Source of the DNA: a virus
DNA: 64,000 bases
Direction: 5' to 3' (one strand)
IMG/VR virus record: IMGVR_UViG_3300035145_003920
Span: 1-64,000 of that record
This document shows positions 39,510 to 50,015 of this stretch, piece after piece. The notes beneath the pieces are model-generated. The model saw nothing but the letters and a program-made list of their open reading frames with translations, did not search any database and had not been told where the DNA came from. A program made the translations under genes and the position numbers. Numbering within the stretch: the first letter of the stretch is position 1; each line of letters opens with the position of its first letter.

Positions 39510-40655
39510 CTATCCTATATAAATTGTATACGGAACTTGTTTTAATTCCGTTTGTTTAAATTCTGCTTCTTGTGCTCGTCTTTCTAATAATGATTTACGA
39601 GAAGTTTCATCAAAATATCCTCTTAATCTTTCTATTAATGATGCTTTTTCTGCAGTTCCAGCTGTAATTAAATCAGATTGGTTTAATGTTACTTCAGCAT
39701 TTGGAATTGGGATATTACTATATTTACCTCTTACATATCCTAGCATTTCTTTTGCTAATGCTAATGTGTATTCAAATATCCATTGTCTTCCTACACTATT
39801 AATTTGAGCATAAGTAGGATTAGAATAAGGAGTATTAGATACATTGGTAACATCACCTGGACTGTCACTAACACTTCCAGATATTCTTTCTTCTCTTTCA
39901 ATGTATTCAAACCAGTAATTTCTACTACCTGAAGATGGAACTGGGAATATTCTTAATTTATTGTTTTTTAATTCAAAGCTATATTGAGATCTACGAACTT
40001 GATCATTTAATTCAATTGCTTGAATTGCTTGTAAATCAAAATTTAAAGGCATCATCAAGAAGTTAATAGCAGGACTCATACTACCAAATCCAAAACTATC
40101 AAACATATTTTGAGTACCAAATCCAGTTCCTACATAAGGATCATAATATCTTGTAATTGCTGGAGATGCTTGGTAAAATACTCTTTTAACTTCTATACTA
40201 CCAGATATACCTTGATCTAATGCCCATTGTGCTAAGTCATAATCTTGTTGACTTGCTGTCATTACAAATGAACCAGTGTAATGAGGTACATTTCCTCCAC
40301 TACCTGCTTCAGCACCATATTGTTCTGTTAATCTTACAATAGGTTCAAAGTTAGGAGTTATAATACTAGTATTTAAATTACTACCAGTTGATAATCCTTC
40401 TAAAGATAATTGATTATCTCTAATAATATGAGCATACAATTCATTTCCATAAGTAGTTACTGCTTCTTCAAATGCAGTAAAGAAAGAACCTGATTGTAAC
40501 TCGACGTCTACTAATGGATAACCTAATCTTTGAGCACAGAATTTGGCAACTTTAACTGAATCCGATTGGAAATCAGTATCATCGTTATAGAAGCCAAAAG
40601 GGACTGCTGCTGAATCCCAACTAGGGTTACCATCATATATGGGAATATTAGCCAT
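39510..40655 (-). CDS. Neck protein (gp13-like)
   Basis: RLGYPLVDVEL, YTLALAKEMLG.VRGKY, C-terminal IYIG. Confidence 0.82.
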   Translation of the reverse strand: MANIPIYDGNPSWDSAAVPFGFYNDDTDFQSDSVKVAKFCAQRLGYPLVDVELQSGSFFTAFEEAVTTYGNELYAHIIRDNQLSLEGLSTGSNLNTSIITPNFEPIVRLTEQYGAEAGSGGNVPHYTGSFVMTASQQDYDLAQWALDQGISGSIEVKRVFYQASPAITRYYDPYVGTGFGTQNMFDSFGFGSMSPAINFLMMPLNFDLQAIQAIELNDQVRRSQYSFELKNNKLRIFPVPSSGSRNYWFEYIEREERISGSVSDSPGDVTNVSNTPYSNPTYAQINSVGRQWIFEYTLALAKEMLGYVRGKYSNIPIPNAEVTLNQSDLITAGTAEKASLIERLRGYFDETSRKSLLERRAQEAEFKQTELKQVPYTIYIG

Positions 40656-40681
40656 ATTTAAATTTTGTTATAAATATTAAA

Positions 40682-41419
40682 TTAATTTTTATTATTATAA
40701 ATATAGGAACCTGAGGTAGTTATTGATATACCTTTATCAATAGCATCTTGGTAATACTGTAGTAAGTCTTCTACAATAGGATCTCTATGATTACTGTGTA
40801 AAGTAATAGCTTCTAAGTTTTTAATTTTTCTAGCCGCGGCATATAAAAATTTAAATCCAGATTCAGATTTTTTCTTTAAATCTGTTTGATGTTGGTCTCC
40901 ACAAATCATCATTTTACTTCTTAAACCAATACGAGATGTAATCATTTCCATTTGTTCATGAGTTACGTTTTGTGCTTCATCAACAATGATCATTGATTCT
41001 AGAAATGTTCTACCTCGCATAAATGATACAGGTACAATTTCTATTTTACCATCTTCTATTAGTTTTTCAATTTTAACCTTATCATATAAGGCAAAGAAGT
41101 TTTGATAAATAGGCTGAACCCATGGATCCATTTTTTCTCTTAAATCTCCAGGTAAAAATCCTATTTCTTCTTTTGATACTGTAGGACGTGTAATGATTAT
41201 TTTATCATATTGTCTTCTTAAAAGACCATCTAATGCAACATTACATGCTAAAAGTGTTTTTCCACTTCCAGCCCCACCTGCTAATAAGGTGATTGTATTT
41301 TGGAGTATAACTGCTTTCGCTTCTTTTTGTTCTTCATTAAGTTGTAGTTTGAACTTAATTGGATTCTTTGGAATCCTCTTTGGACGATAAACTTCGTCTG
41401 TGTGCGGTTTTGACGCCAT
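40682..41419 (-). CDS. phoH: PhoH-like ATPase
   Basis: GGAGSGKT, IGFLPG, FMRGRT, DEAQN, GD..QTDL. Confidence 0.95.
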   Translation of the reverse strand: MASKPHTDEVYRPKRIPKNPIKFKLQLNEEQKEAKAVILQNTITLLAGGAGSGKTLLACNVALDGLLRRQYDKIIITRPTVSKEEIGFLPGDLREKMDPWVQPIYQNFFALYDKVKIEKLIEDGKIEIVPVSFMRGRTFLESMIIVDEAQNVTHEQMEMITSRIGLRSKMMICGDQHQTDLKKKSESGFKFLYAAARKIKNLEAITLHSNHRDPIVEDLLQYYQDAIDKGISITTSGSYIYNNKN

Positions 41420-41561
41420 AGACTTATTAAATTAGGGGTTATACAAATGATTAAAGCAAACAGTGATAATACGTTAAGATACGGGTAAATTCCAATATAA
41501 GTAGATAATGAGATAAGTATAGTACCCATAAAACGTTGTTGGTTATAAATATCCAAAGGAT

Positions 41562-41587
41562 AAAAAAACCCGGTCAAAGACCGGGTT
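41562..41587 (-). terminator. Rho-independent terminator after the major capsid gene
   Basis: AACCCGGTC-TTT-GACCGGGTT followed by a T-run. Confidence 0.88.
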
Positions 41588-41615
41588 AATTTATTAAGAA
41601 ATGTTTAAATATCTA

Positions 41616-43220
41616 TTAGATAGTATCTAAACCTTCTACTTGGATTAATCCGTAGAATTCTGGTCTTACCATTTTCTTAGCGTATCTAGTTAACAATCCT
41701 TTTCTTGGAGTGAAAGTATCTGGATCGTATACTAGAGGAGTCATGATTAATGGAATATAAGGAGCAAATACAGCACCACTTTCTAAGAATTGAGATCCTC
41801 TAAATCCTAATAGGATTTGATTTTCCTTCATGTAAGGGTTTTTGTATACCTTAATTTTTCCACCACCCATTGCTCCGATCTTTTGTACACCGAATGCATA
41901 AGATGATTTTTCTACATCGCCATCTACGTCAGCACCGAATCCTGGAATAGCTTCGATAATTGTAGATACTTTTGGAGATAATACCATAAAGTTAGCACCA
42001 CCTCTTAAAGTTTTCTGGTGAATTGCGTTACTTAATTTTTGAACTTTAGTTCCTAAAGTTTGGAACCACTGTCCTTGAGTATTATAGAATCCTAAATCAG
42101 TAGCAAAGTTATTTGCAGAAGACAAATACTTGTTATTGATAGCAGACCATACTTCAGTACCACCAGAAGCGTTTTCAATTAACATATCTAAGATTTCTAA
42201 GTCAATTTCTAATGAAATGTACTCACTTAAGATTGAAGTTAATTCAGCTTCAGCGTCTAAAGCGTGGTAAGCGTTAAGATCTTGAGCGAACTCAGGAGTC
42301 CAAACAGCTTTTAGCTTTCTTGTTTTAGCTACGATAGCAGATGATTTCATCTGTACGTTGATTTCAGGGATTGAAATTGAAGCAGAGTTAGAAGCGTTTA
42401 ACGCGTTGTTTCCGTCTTCAAAATCACCTCTTAAGTTATCAAGTGGTTGTAACTGATAAGTTACATCTACGTCTCCACCGTCAGTAATGTTACCACCATC
42501 AACGATGAATACAATATCTCCATCTACATGCTTAGTGAAAGCAGGAATTGATACTACGCTTGAACCTGATACTAATGAGAATCCTCTTACACCATCTAAG
42601 TCAGCGTTAGGTAATGAAGCAGTTTCTACTGAGAATTTCAAGTATGAACCTGAAACTTCGTAGTCTGAATCATAGTTCATATCTGACCAGTCAGCTGATT
42701 GTGAAGTGTGTGTTACAGCTACTGAACCAGTGTTATTGATTGAGTAACCGAATCTTCCCGCTCCGTAAAGACCACCTGAAGTGTCATTTGAAGCGAATCC
42801 TGATACGTCACCGTACATTGACGAACCTTGAGAGAATGGATCCTTATCTGTTCCGTATTGGAAATCTAGATAGAATACAAGACCTGAAGGTAAGTTCATA
42901 GGTTGTACTGAAACGAATTCTTGAGCAGCAATTTGACCAAATACTTTTCTTACTAGTGGAAGAGCTACTCCAGCCCATTGCTCACCAGCGTTACCTGATC
43001 CAAATACTGACCCACCAATAGAGCTACCTCCACCTGTTTGTGAAGACTCTACTACAAGTTGTTTAGCTTGGTTTTCAAGGATAATTCCCATGTTATTTTT
43101 GGAAGTACCACCTAAACCTTCTAATAAACCTGTTTTTTCCCACTTTTCAGCCAATCTAGCAGCGTCGCTTTGTACTGAGTGATATGGGTTTGCACTTTCT
43201 AATAAAGTTTGTAAACTCAT
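41616..43220 (-). CDS. Major capsid protein (gp23-like)
   Basis: VQPMNLPSGLVF, AKTRKLKAVWTPE, FAPYIPL, TRYAK. Confidence 0.96.
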   Translation of the reverse strand: MSLQTLLESANPYHSVQSDAARLAEKWEKTGLLEGLGGTSKNNMGIILENQAKQLVVESSQTGGGSSIGGSVFGSGNAGEQWAGVALPLVRKVFGQIAAQEFVSVQPMNLPSGLVFYLDFQYGTDKDPFSQGSSMYGDVSGFASNDTSGGLYGAGRFGYSINNTGSVAVTHTSQSADWSDMNYDSDYEVSGSYLKFSVETASLPNADLDGVRGFSLVSGSSVVSIPAFTKHVDGDIVFIVDGGNITDGGDVDVTYQLQPLDNLRGDFEDGNNALNASNSASISIPEINVQMKSSAIVAKTRKLKAVWTPEFAQDLNAYHALDAEAELTSILSEYISLEIDLEILDMLIENASGGTEVWSAINNKYLSSANNFATDLGFYNTQGQWFQTLGTKVQKLSNAIHQKTLRGGANFMVLSPKVSTIIEAIPGFGADVDGDVEKSSYAFGVQKIGAMGGGKIKVYKNPYMKENQILLGFRGSQFLESGAVFAPYIPLIMTPLVYDPDTFTPRKGLLTRYAKKMVRPEFYGLIQVEGLDTI

Positions 43221-43248
43221 GATTTAAAAGTTTTAAATAGGGTTAAAA

Positions 43249-44478
43249 TTAATTATTTTTAATTATACCAGCTAATTGTTGCATTCTTCTAAATGCATCA
43301 TTTTCAACAATCGGCTGTTTAGCAACTGGAGCAATTCCTGTTGCTTTTGAAGCGCTACCTTTTACTTCATTAATTGATGGCTTAGCTTTTTTAGCTGTAA
43401 TTCCTTCATTTAATGTTTCAAAAATAACTTTAGCTTCTTTTACTGTAGACGCTTTGTCAAATGCTTTAAGCACTTTAACTTTTTTGTCTTCAGTTAAATT
43501 CTTAGACTTAAAGATTTTGTTAGTATAAAGTAGTTTAGCGTTTAATAAGTTAACTTCGTTAAGTTCCTTTCTAAGTTCCTCAACTTCAGCTAAAGCAGTT
43601 TCAAGCTCATTGCTTTCTTCTACTTTTTCTTCATTAACTTCTTCTTCGTTAATTTCTTCTTCCTTTACTTCCTTTTTCTCTTTGTCTTCGTCTTTTTTCT
43701 CCATCATAGGAGCTGCATCATCTTCAAGGTCGATATCCATTTCCATTTCTGACTCTTCGCCATCCATTTCCATTTCTTCTCCCGCTTCTAATTCACCAGC
43801 TTCTACCATGTCCTTAATTACATCCTCAATAAAGCCTTTTAAATCATCTTCAGACATATCTTCTAAATCAATTTCTTCATCTTCCATTTCACCTTCACCT
43901 TCTTCGTCTTCGCCTTCTTCTTCGTTGGCGTCGTCGTCTTCAGCTTCAGTTACTTCTTCCGATTCCTCAATTTCTTCAGATTCTTCGATTTCTTCTGATT
44001 CAGTTACTTCTTCTGATTCTTTAACTTCTTCTTCTTTAACCTCTTCTACTTCGGAAACTTCTTCCTTAGCTTCTTCGATTTCTTCAGATTCAGTTACTTC
44101 TTCATTTTCCGTTACTTCTTCAGTTTCTTCGATTTTATCTTCGTTGATTTCTTCGTCTTCATTAAGTTCTGCAAGTAATTCATCTAAGTTGACTTCTTCA
44201 TCAACTTCTTCAGATTCATTTACTTCTTCATTTTCATCTACGTTTTCTACTTCTTCAGAAACTTCTTCTTTTTTAACATCGTCTTCTTCGTACTTTTTAC
44301 CGTACTCTTCAACTTTGTCATCTTCTTTGTCCATTTCTTCTAGTTTAGCAGCTAACATATCTTTTAAATGAGGTGTAAATGCTTCTTCTAAAGCAGCTTT
44401 AGCGTTTGCTATGGCAGTTTCTTTAACCGCTTTAGCATCAGCAATTGCTTCTTTAAGCAAATCTCTGTTGTTAGACAT
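43249..44478 (-). CDS. Prohead scaffold protein (gp22-like)
   Basis: Very acidic, repeated (V/I)xESEE; lies between protease and capsid genes. Confidence 0.8.
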   Translation of the reverse strand: MSNNRDLLKEAIADAKAVKETAIANAKAALEEAFTPHLKDMLAAKLEEMDKEDDKVEEYGKKYEEDDVKKEEVSEEVENVDENEEVNESEEVDEEVNLDELLAELNEDEEINEDKIEETEEVTENEEVTESEEIEEAKEEVSEVEEVKEEEVKESEEVTESEEIEESEEIEESEEVTEAEDDDANEEEGEDEEGEGEMEDEEIDLEDMSEDDLKGFIEDVIKDMVEAGELEAGEEMEMDGEESEMEMDIDLEDDAAPMMEKKDEDKEKKEVKEEEINEEEVNEEKVEESNELETALAEVEELRKELNEVNLLNAKLLYTNKIFKSKNLTEDKKVKVLKAFDKASTVKEAKVIFETLNEGITAKKAKPSINEVKGSASKATGIAPVAKQPIVENDAFRRMQQLAGIIKNN

Positions 44479-44503
44479 AATCGCAAAATTTAAATTTGTG
44501 AAA

Positions 44504-44583
44504 TACGGTTATTAGGAACCGTAATAGGAAAGTTTTACATTTGTTGACACCATATAAGAGATGGTGTATTACGGTTATACGTA
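44504..44583 (-). promoter_or_regulatory. Late-promoter variant TACGTATA plus structured leader of the scaffold/capsid operon
   Basis: ACACCAT/ATGGTGT hairpin; AACCGTAATA, TATTACGGTT and AACCGTA complementary segments. Confidence 0.55.
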
Positions 44584-44601
44584 TATGGGGATTCTATAAA
44601 A

Positions 44602-45207
44602 TTAACAAACAGGACAAAATCCTTTAGAACAAAGAATTTCTCTTACAATGTTGTTAACATTAGTATAATCATAGGTAATAGTTTCTTTTCCTTCATTTAA
44701 TGTTTTCATAAATGAACCTGGATTAGAAGGTGTAGAGACAAAATCCCAACATAATAATTCGAAGTCATCTTGTACTTCCATTACATTACCATTTTGTTCT
44801 AATGAACCCATACCACGAGATGAAACACCTACAGTTACACCTGCTTTAATTATTTCTTTTAAAATATTGCCTGATGGGGTAGGTAAAATTTCTATTTTAC
44901 CCATTACGTTATCTCCATCCCACCAATATTCTGAAATTATATGTGATACGTTTTGTAAATTTATAACTGATGATTCTGGGTGGTCTAATTCTCCAATAGC
45001 ACGTCTTTCTTTAATAATTTGGGAATACTTATCCATTTCACGTTCCCATAAATCTCTGGCATAGTATCTACCATTACCATTTTTTACTTCAGCAGTTGCT
45101 AAAATACCCTCAACAAGCAAATTCCCATTCTCTTTATTAACATTTTCAGTTAATTGAATAGGATTTACCTTAAAGGTATGCGTTTCTATTAGTAATTTCT
45201 TACTCAT
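44602..45207 (-). CDS. Prohead protease (gp21-like)
   Basis: NGNGRYY, GELDHP, GVSSRGMGS, DFVSTPS. Confidence 0.95.
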   Translation of the reverse strand: MSKKLLIETHTFKVNPIQLTENVNKENGNLLVEGILATAEVKNGNGRYYARDLWEREMDKYSQIIKERRAIGELDHPESSVINLQNVSHIISEYWWDGDNVMGKIEILPTPSGNILKEIIKAGVTVGVSSRGMGSLEQNGNVMEVQDDFELLCWDFVSTPSNPGSFMKTLNEGKETITYDYTNVNNIVREILCSKGFCPVC

Positions 45208-46087
45208 TTTCTAATTGTACTTCTTCAGTTTCTACTGAATCAACGATTTCGTCTACGATTTCTTCTCTTTGATATTTTTTACCACACATTTTTTCATACA
45301 TTTTTTCCATCTTGCCTTTTTTCTTTTCTAAAAGCTTAATTTCCTTTTGCATGGCTTTCATTTTTTTCTTATCTATTAATTCAGATAAGTTATCATCTTC
45401 AGAAATCATATTAATGCGTTGCATTTTAGTTTCAATAACTTCGTCTAATTTATTTAACTTAGCTTCTAAAGCTACAATTTGAGCTTGTTTATCGATTTCA
45501 GCTAAATCATTATCTAAAGATTCTTTTTTAGCTTTTTTAGCTTTTTTAGGTTTGTCTTCTTTTTTTTCTTCTTCTTCTTCTTTTACAACTTCTGTTGTAC
45601 CACCCATTAAAGATTCTTTAACTACTTCTTTTAATTTATCTGAGTAGCCACTTTCTTTATGTTTACCGGAAACTTCTTCAGATTTCATAGTTTCAGCTCC
45701 TAAACCTTCAATACCGAACATAGCATTGTTCATATAGTATTGGCCATCTTTAGCTAAATTTTTAGATACCATTTCTCTAATTTCATCTAAAGTTTTATCT
45801 GGGTTTTGTTTTGCTTCAAAATAAATACCGTTTAATACTTCTTGACCAATTTGGTTATCTAAATTTTTAACATCTGAATAGTCAAAGTTGCTTTCTGCTA
45901 CTTCTTCTACTTCTTTAGAAGGTTTTTTCTCTACAGCTTTAGCTTCTTCAGCTAAATACTCAGCAAATTTATTTTCAAAATCTGCCTTTGCTGTAGGTTC
46001 AAGGTTATTAATAGGTTTTAAATCAATGTAATTTTCATTGATTAATCCTTTTTTTACTGATTCAAATAATTGTTCTGAGTTTTTCAT
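45200..46087 (-). CDS. Head-region protein
   Basis: 295 aa, charged/coiled-coil, several (L/I)xE sites. Confidence 0.75.
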   Translation of the reverse strand: MKNSEQLFESVKKGLINENYIDLKPINNLEPTAKADFENKFAEYLAEEAKAVEKKPSKEVEEVAESNFDYSDVKNLDNQIGQEVLNGIYFEAKQNPDKTLDEIREMVSKNLAKDGQYYMNNAMFGIEGLGAETMKSEEVSGKHKESGYSDKLKEVVKESLMGGTTEVVKEEEEEKKEDKPKKAKKAKKESLDNDLAEIDKQAQIVALEAKLNKLDEVIETKMQRINMISEDDNLSELIDKKKMKAMQKEIKLLEKKKGKMEKMYEKMCGKKYQREEIVDEIVDSVETEEVQLENE

Positions 46088-46329
46088 TCTCCTGGTTTTA
46101 ATAATGTTTCAATGTCGTCTATATAAGCGTTAATTAAATCTGTTCCTTTAACTACAGCATAACTTTTTGGGTTTTCTCTATAGTATTTTATTGTTTCAAT
46201 TTTAGCTTGACGTATTTCTTTTTTAATATTTTCTAAACGAGACTCTATAGTATCAAATGCCATGATTCTTTCTTCATGGAATTTTTTTACTTGGTCCTCT
46301 TCTTGTTCAATCAATTTATACTTATACAT
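46084..46329 (-). CDS. Head-region protein
   Basis: 81 aa, starts MYKYKLIE. Confidence 0.72.
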   Translation of the reverse strand: MYKYKLIEQEEDQVKKFHEERIMAFDTIESRLENIKKEIRQAKIETIKYYRENPKSYAVVKGTDLINAYIDDIETLLKPGE

Positions 46330-46330
46330 A

Positions 46331-47203
46331 TTAAAAATTCTTTACTTCTAAACCACTACCTTTTTGAACATAATTACCATTTTTGTCCTTAGGTACTAAT
46401 TTGTATTTGAATTTTGTAACATAATAATTATCTTTTACTCCATCTGGGCCTGCTTTAGGGCCTGGTCCTAATGTTGCCCCAACATTTTCTTTTAATCCTC
46501 CTGGAGTTTTTAATTTTTTTCCTGATTTAGCATCTGTATCATATCCACAAGTACCTTCAGGTAATTTTTTTTGCTTTTTAGGTAATTTAAAAGCATATTT
46601 AGTTAAATAAGAACCTGCTCCAGCTGATGTAGACATTTCTTCTATTTCTGATTCTTTTACTGGTTTTACTCTATCACTAGGGAATCTTTTAACTGTACTA
46701 CCATCAAATCTAACAAATGTTTTATCTCCTTCTACTTTTTCAACTGAACCTGTACCATACATTTTTCCATCTTTATCATAAACATGTACTAAATCAAGAT
46801 GGTCATTAATTCCCTCAGCCATCCTCATTTGTATTCTATCATAAATTTCTGGGTGTTCTTTTCTAATATGGGTTCTAACTTGGTTTCTTATTTGACGGAT
46901 TTGATCATAAAAATCTCTAAATTTAGGATCATCCTTAGATTTTGAAGCAGTTCTTTTAGCTATGTCTACTAGATCATCTAATTCTTCAAACATTTTATCA
47001 TACCCAGGTAATTGTTCTATTCTCCAACTAACTGCACCTGTGGTATCATCAATTTTATAAATGGTAGATTTAGATGTCCCATCTGGACTATAAGATACTT
47101 GGCCAACTTTAAAAGGTTCCCCTTCTTTACGTTCAAGTTCCTTTGCCGCTGCTTCAGGAGAAGCAGTTTTAGACATTTCTTTAAGTTTATACTTGTACTG
47201 CAT
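46331..47203 (-). CDS. Head-region mosaic protein
   Basis: 290 aa, starts MQYKYKLKE; internal SH3-like module between INDH and VKE. Confidence 0.72.
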   Translation of the reverse strand: MQYKYKLKEMSKTASPEAAAKELERKEGEPFKVGQVSYSPDGTSKSTIYKIDDTTGAVSWRIEQLPGYDKMFEELDDLVDIAKRTASKSKDDPKFRDFYDQIRQIRNQVRTHIRKEHPEIYDRIQMRMAEGINDHLDLVHVYDKDGKMYGTGSVEKVEGDKTFVRFDGSTVKRFPSDRVKPVKESEIEEMSTSAGAGSYLTKYAFKLPKKQKKLPEGTCGYDTDAKSGKKLKTPGGLKENVGATLGPGPKAGPDGVKDNYYVTKFKYKLVPKDKNGNYVQKGSGLEVKNF

Positions 47204-48053
47204 TTGCTACTTTAATTTCTTTTACTAGTTCAAAATATTGTAACAAATCAACTAAATTGTCATTAGAAACTTTAGCTGTTTTATTTAATTCAACTAAATA
47301 TTTAGCTACTTCCTGAATTTTAATTTGTGTAGCTTTATCTTTAACATTTTTATTTACTTCAGTTAGTGTTGATTTTAATTCTACTATTTTAGAATTATAA
47401 AAATCTCTTAATCCTGGAGTTGAGTCTACTGAATTAATAAACTCTTTAAGTACTTGTTTTTGTTCTTTAGATAAATTTTCATATTTAGAATTAAATTTTT
47501 CTAAAAGAACTTTATAAGTAAGTATTCTTAAATCTTTATCATATGTTTGAAATTCTTTAAGAACATCCTCTTTAACTACTTCTTCTTTAACTTCTTGTTT
47601 AGTCAAGTGTTCTAATAAAGTAATTTTATTTTCAATTAATTGATTTGAATCACTAGCTTCATCAGCATTATATCCTTCGATTAAGGTGTATAAAGCAGCT
47701 AATTCTTTATAATTTTTAATTTTAGAACCAAAGAAAACATCTAGGTTATAATGTTTTTTGATTTCATTAATTAAATTATATTTTTGTTTTCTTAAAGAAG
47801 CTCTATTAAATTTTTGAGACGATTCTAATATAGTAGAAATTACAATATTAGCTCTTCCTTCATTTAAAACCTTTGATTTTAAAATTGATTCGTATAACTT
47901 ATACTCACGACCTAAGGAAGTTTTTACGAAGTATTCTTTTAATATACTTATTGCTGGAGAGTCCCCTCCTTTTAAAGTATCGGCAGTAATCTGACGCACT
48001 AAAAGCTCAAAAAGGATACCTGTATTCTTGTACTTGGAGTGTTTTATTTTCAT
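47187..48053 (-). CDS. Hypothetical protein downstream of portal
   Basis: 288 aa, KHSKYKNTGILFELL; late motif at 48071-48078. Confidence 0.8.
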   Translation of the reverse strand: MKIKHSKYKNTGILFELLVRQITADTLKGGDSPAISILKEYFVKTSLGREYKLYESILKSKVLNEGRANIVISTILESSQKFNRASLRKQKYNLINEIKKHYNLDVFFGSKIKNYKELAALYTLIEGYNADEASDSNQLIENKITLLEHLTKQEVKEEVVKEDVLKEFQTYDKDLRILTYKVLLEKFNSKYENLSKEQKQVLKEFINSVDSTPGLRDFYNSKIVELKSTLTEVNKNVKDKATQIKIQEVAKYLVELNKTAKVSNDNLVDLLQYFELVKEIKVANAVQV

Positions 48054-48089
48054 TAAAAAATATATTTATTTATAAATATTAGAAAAGAT

Positions 48090-49988
48090 TTATTCCTTTA
48101 ATTGTTTTTCATCAAGGAGTGATGTATCATCTTCATTTTGCTCAAAAACTAACTGTTTTTTATTCATTTTCTTAAACATATCTTTGTTCTTTAAAAATGT
48201 AGTTTGAGCAGTTTCCAATGCTAATCCGCTTTTATTTGTATCTGTTCTACTATCTCTTGAATCATTTTTATCAGTATCTTTCATACGTTTAACACCTAAA
48301 CGATCTTTTCCAAAGTTACTATCTTGTTTATTAATATTTGAAATAGAATCTTTAGGTCTTCCTAAATCAGCGTCTTCATTATATCCTGGGGGTACATTAC
48401 CTGGGTCTGAATACATTCTACCCTTACCATATAATGAAGCTAAATCATGAGGAGTACCATATGATTTACCTGTTGCAACAGGATCATTTCCTTCTGCTTC
48501 AATTTGTGTTAATCTAAATGTTCGTTTAGCATCTTCTCTCATTAAATCTCTCATTTCATCATACTGATCTTCTGATAAATGATAAATGTTATCATAAATC
48601 CAATCAGTAGGCATGATTTTTTGTTCTTTTAATGTTTGAGCTAATTCTGTTTTAGATTTTAATAATTCAATTTTTTCTTGTTCAAATATAATTGATGGTG
48701 TTTGCATTGAAATTTCAAAATTAGTCAATGCTTCATCTCTATACCCTTGAGCATATAAGTGAACTAATGCAATTTTATTAAGCTCGGAAACCATAATACG
48801 TTGTAAACGTTCAATAGTACGAGCAAATCTAATATCTTCAGCGGCTAATGTAGCTTTACCTTCTGTAGTTTCATCATATCCTAAAAATGCTTTAGGAATT
48901 TTAAGTGCTGCAAATAATTTATCTCTTAGATATTCAACATCTTGAATACCATCATAATCTAATCCTTTAGTAGTTTCGATTTTTGTTGTAGTATCATTTC
49001 CACGAACGGGGATGTAGAAATCCTCCATCATGTTTTGCATGTTATATTTCATGTTATACTCACCTGTTTTTTGGTCTAAATAAGGAGTACGTTTCATGTT
49101 TGAAATAGTTTTTTGCATAAATGCATCTATTTCATTTGGAGGAATTGATCCAACATTCATATAAAAAATACGTTTTTCAGGAGCACGAGCAATTCTATGA
49201 ATTAACATTGCATCTTCCATTAACGTATATTGTTTAAATAATTTTCTAGCTGGTTCAATATATGAACGACCATAAGGAAGATAATTAGTATCCCCAATTA
49301 ATCTAAAGTGAGCCATTTCATAATTGTCAAAGAAAATACCATTTTCAGTTTGTGATCTATTGTTAGTAGAATACATTCCCGAACTTGGATTTACTAATCC
49401 ATTAGGATCATATCTAAATCTTACATCAGATGGGTTTTCAGCGTTAAATCCTTCTTCTCTACTAATATGGTAAGCAGTATAAGGTATTACATTATAAACA
49501 CCAAATTTTTCTGCTACTTCTAGTTTTAAGAAAAAATCGCCAAATTTAGACATTTGTCTAACCCATGCCCATAAGTTAAATTCAATATTTAATACATCAT
49601 AAAATAAGTTATAAAGTATTTTTTGAATTGCTTCATTATTAGAACGAATAGATAATATTTCACCCATATCATTCTTTAATGTTGATTCATCAGCTATAAT
49701 ATCTAAAGCAGAGGCAATAATTGCATCTTGATCCATTACATCATATTCTGAATATAATTGGGGTCTTAAATATTGGTAATTAAAATTAAATTGAGCCCCA
49801 TATAATGATGATGGGTTTGTAGAATATAAACGATTATATCTGTCAATTAATGAATTAGTTTGTAATTGTCCATTGGTTTGAATAGCACTACTATCTATTA
49901 CTTTAATTTGGTCTCCACCAACGTTTCTAATAATTACGTCAGTTGAAAATAATCTTCTTAATCTACTAAATAAGCCTGTATCTGCCAT
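48090..49988 (-). CDS. Portal protein (gp20-like)
   Basis: LMEDAMLIHRIARAPEKRIFY, MEDFYIP, ALKIPK. Confidence 0.95.
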   Translation of the reverse strand: MADTGLFSRLRRLFSTDVIIRNVGGDQIKVIDSSAIQTNGQLQTNSLIDRYNRLYSTNPSSLYGAQFNFNYQYLRPQLYSEYDVMDQDAIIASALDIIADESTLKNDMGEILSIRSNNEAIQKILYNLFYDVLNIEFNLWAWVRQMSKFGDFFLKLEVAEKFGVYNVIPYTAYHISREEGFNAENPSDVRFRYDPNGLVNPSSGMYSTNNRSQTENGIFFDNYEMAHFRLIGDTNYLPYGRSYIEPARKLFKQYTLMEDAMLIHRIARAPEKRIFYMNVGSIPPNEIDAFMQKTISNMKRTPYLDQKTGEYNMKYNMQNMMEDFYIPVRGNDTTTKIETTKGLDYDGIQDVEYLRDKLFAALKIPKAFLGYDETTEGKATLAAEDIRFARTIERLQRIMVSELNKIALVHLYAQGYRDEALTNFEISMQTPSIIFEQEKIELLKSKTELAQTLKEQKIMPTDWIYDNIYHLSEDQYDEMRDLMREDAKRTFRLTQIEAEGNDPVATGKSYGTPHDLASLYGKGRMYSDPGNVPPGYNEDADLGRPKDSISNINKQDSNFGKDRLGVKRMKDTDKNDSRDSRTDTNKSGLALETAQTTFLKNKDMFKKMNKKQLVFEQNEDDTSLLDEKQLKE

Positions 49989-50015
49989 AGTATATAGTTA
50001 TTGTTATAAATATTA

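Noticed and set aside
41281-41577. 98-aa minus-strand ORF overlapping phoH
   Set aside because: Starts inside the capsid terminator and overlaps phoH out of frame; better explained as a leader, though a shorter form from 41530 cannot be excluded
43610-44371. Plus-strand 253-aa Ser-rich ORF
   Set aside because: Antisense of the Glu-rich scaffold (GAA codons read as TTC/TCT)
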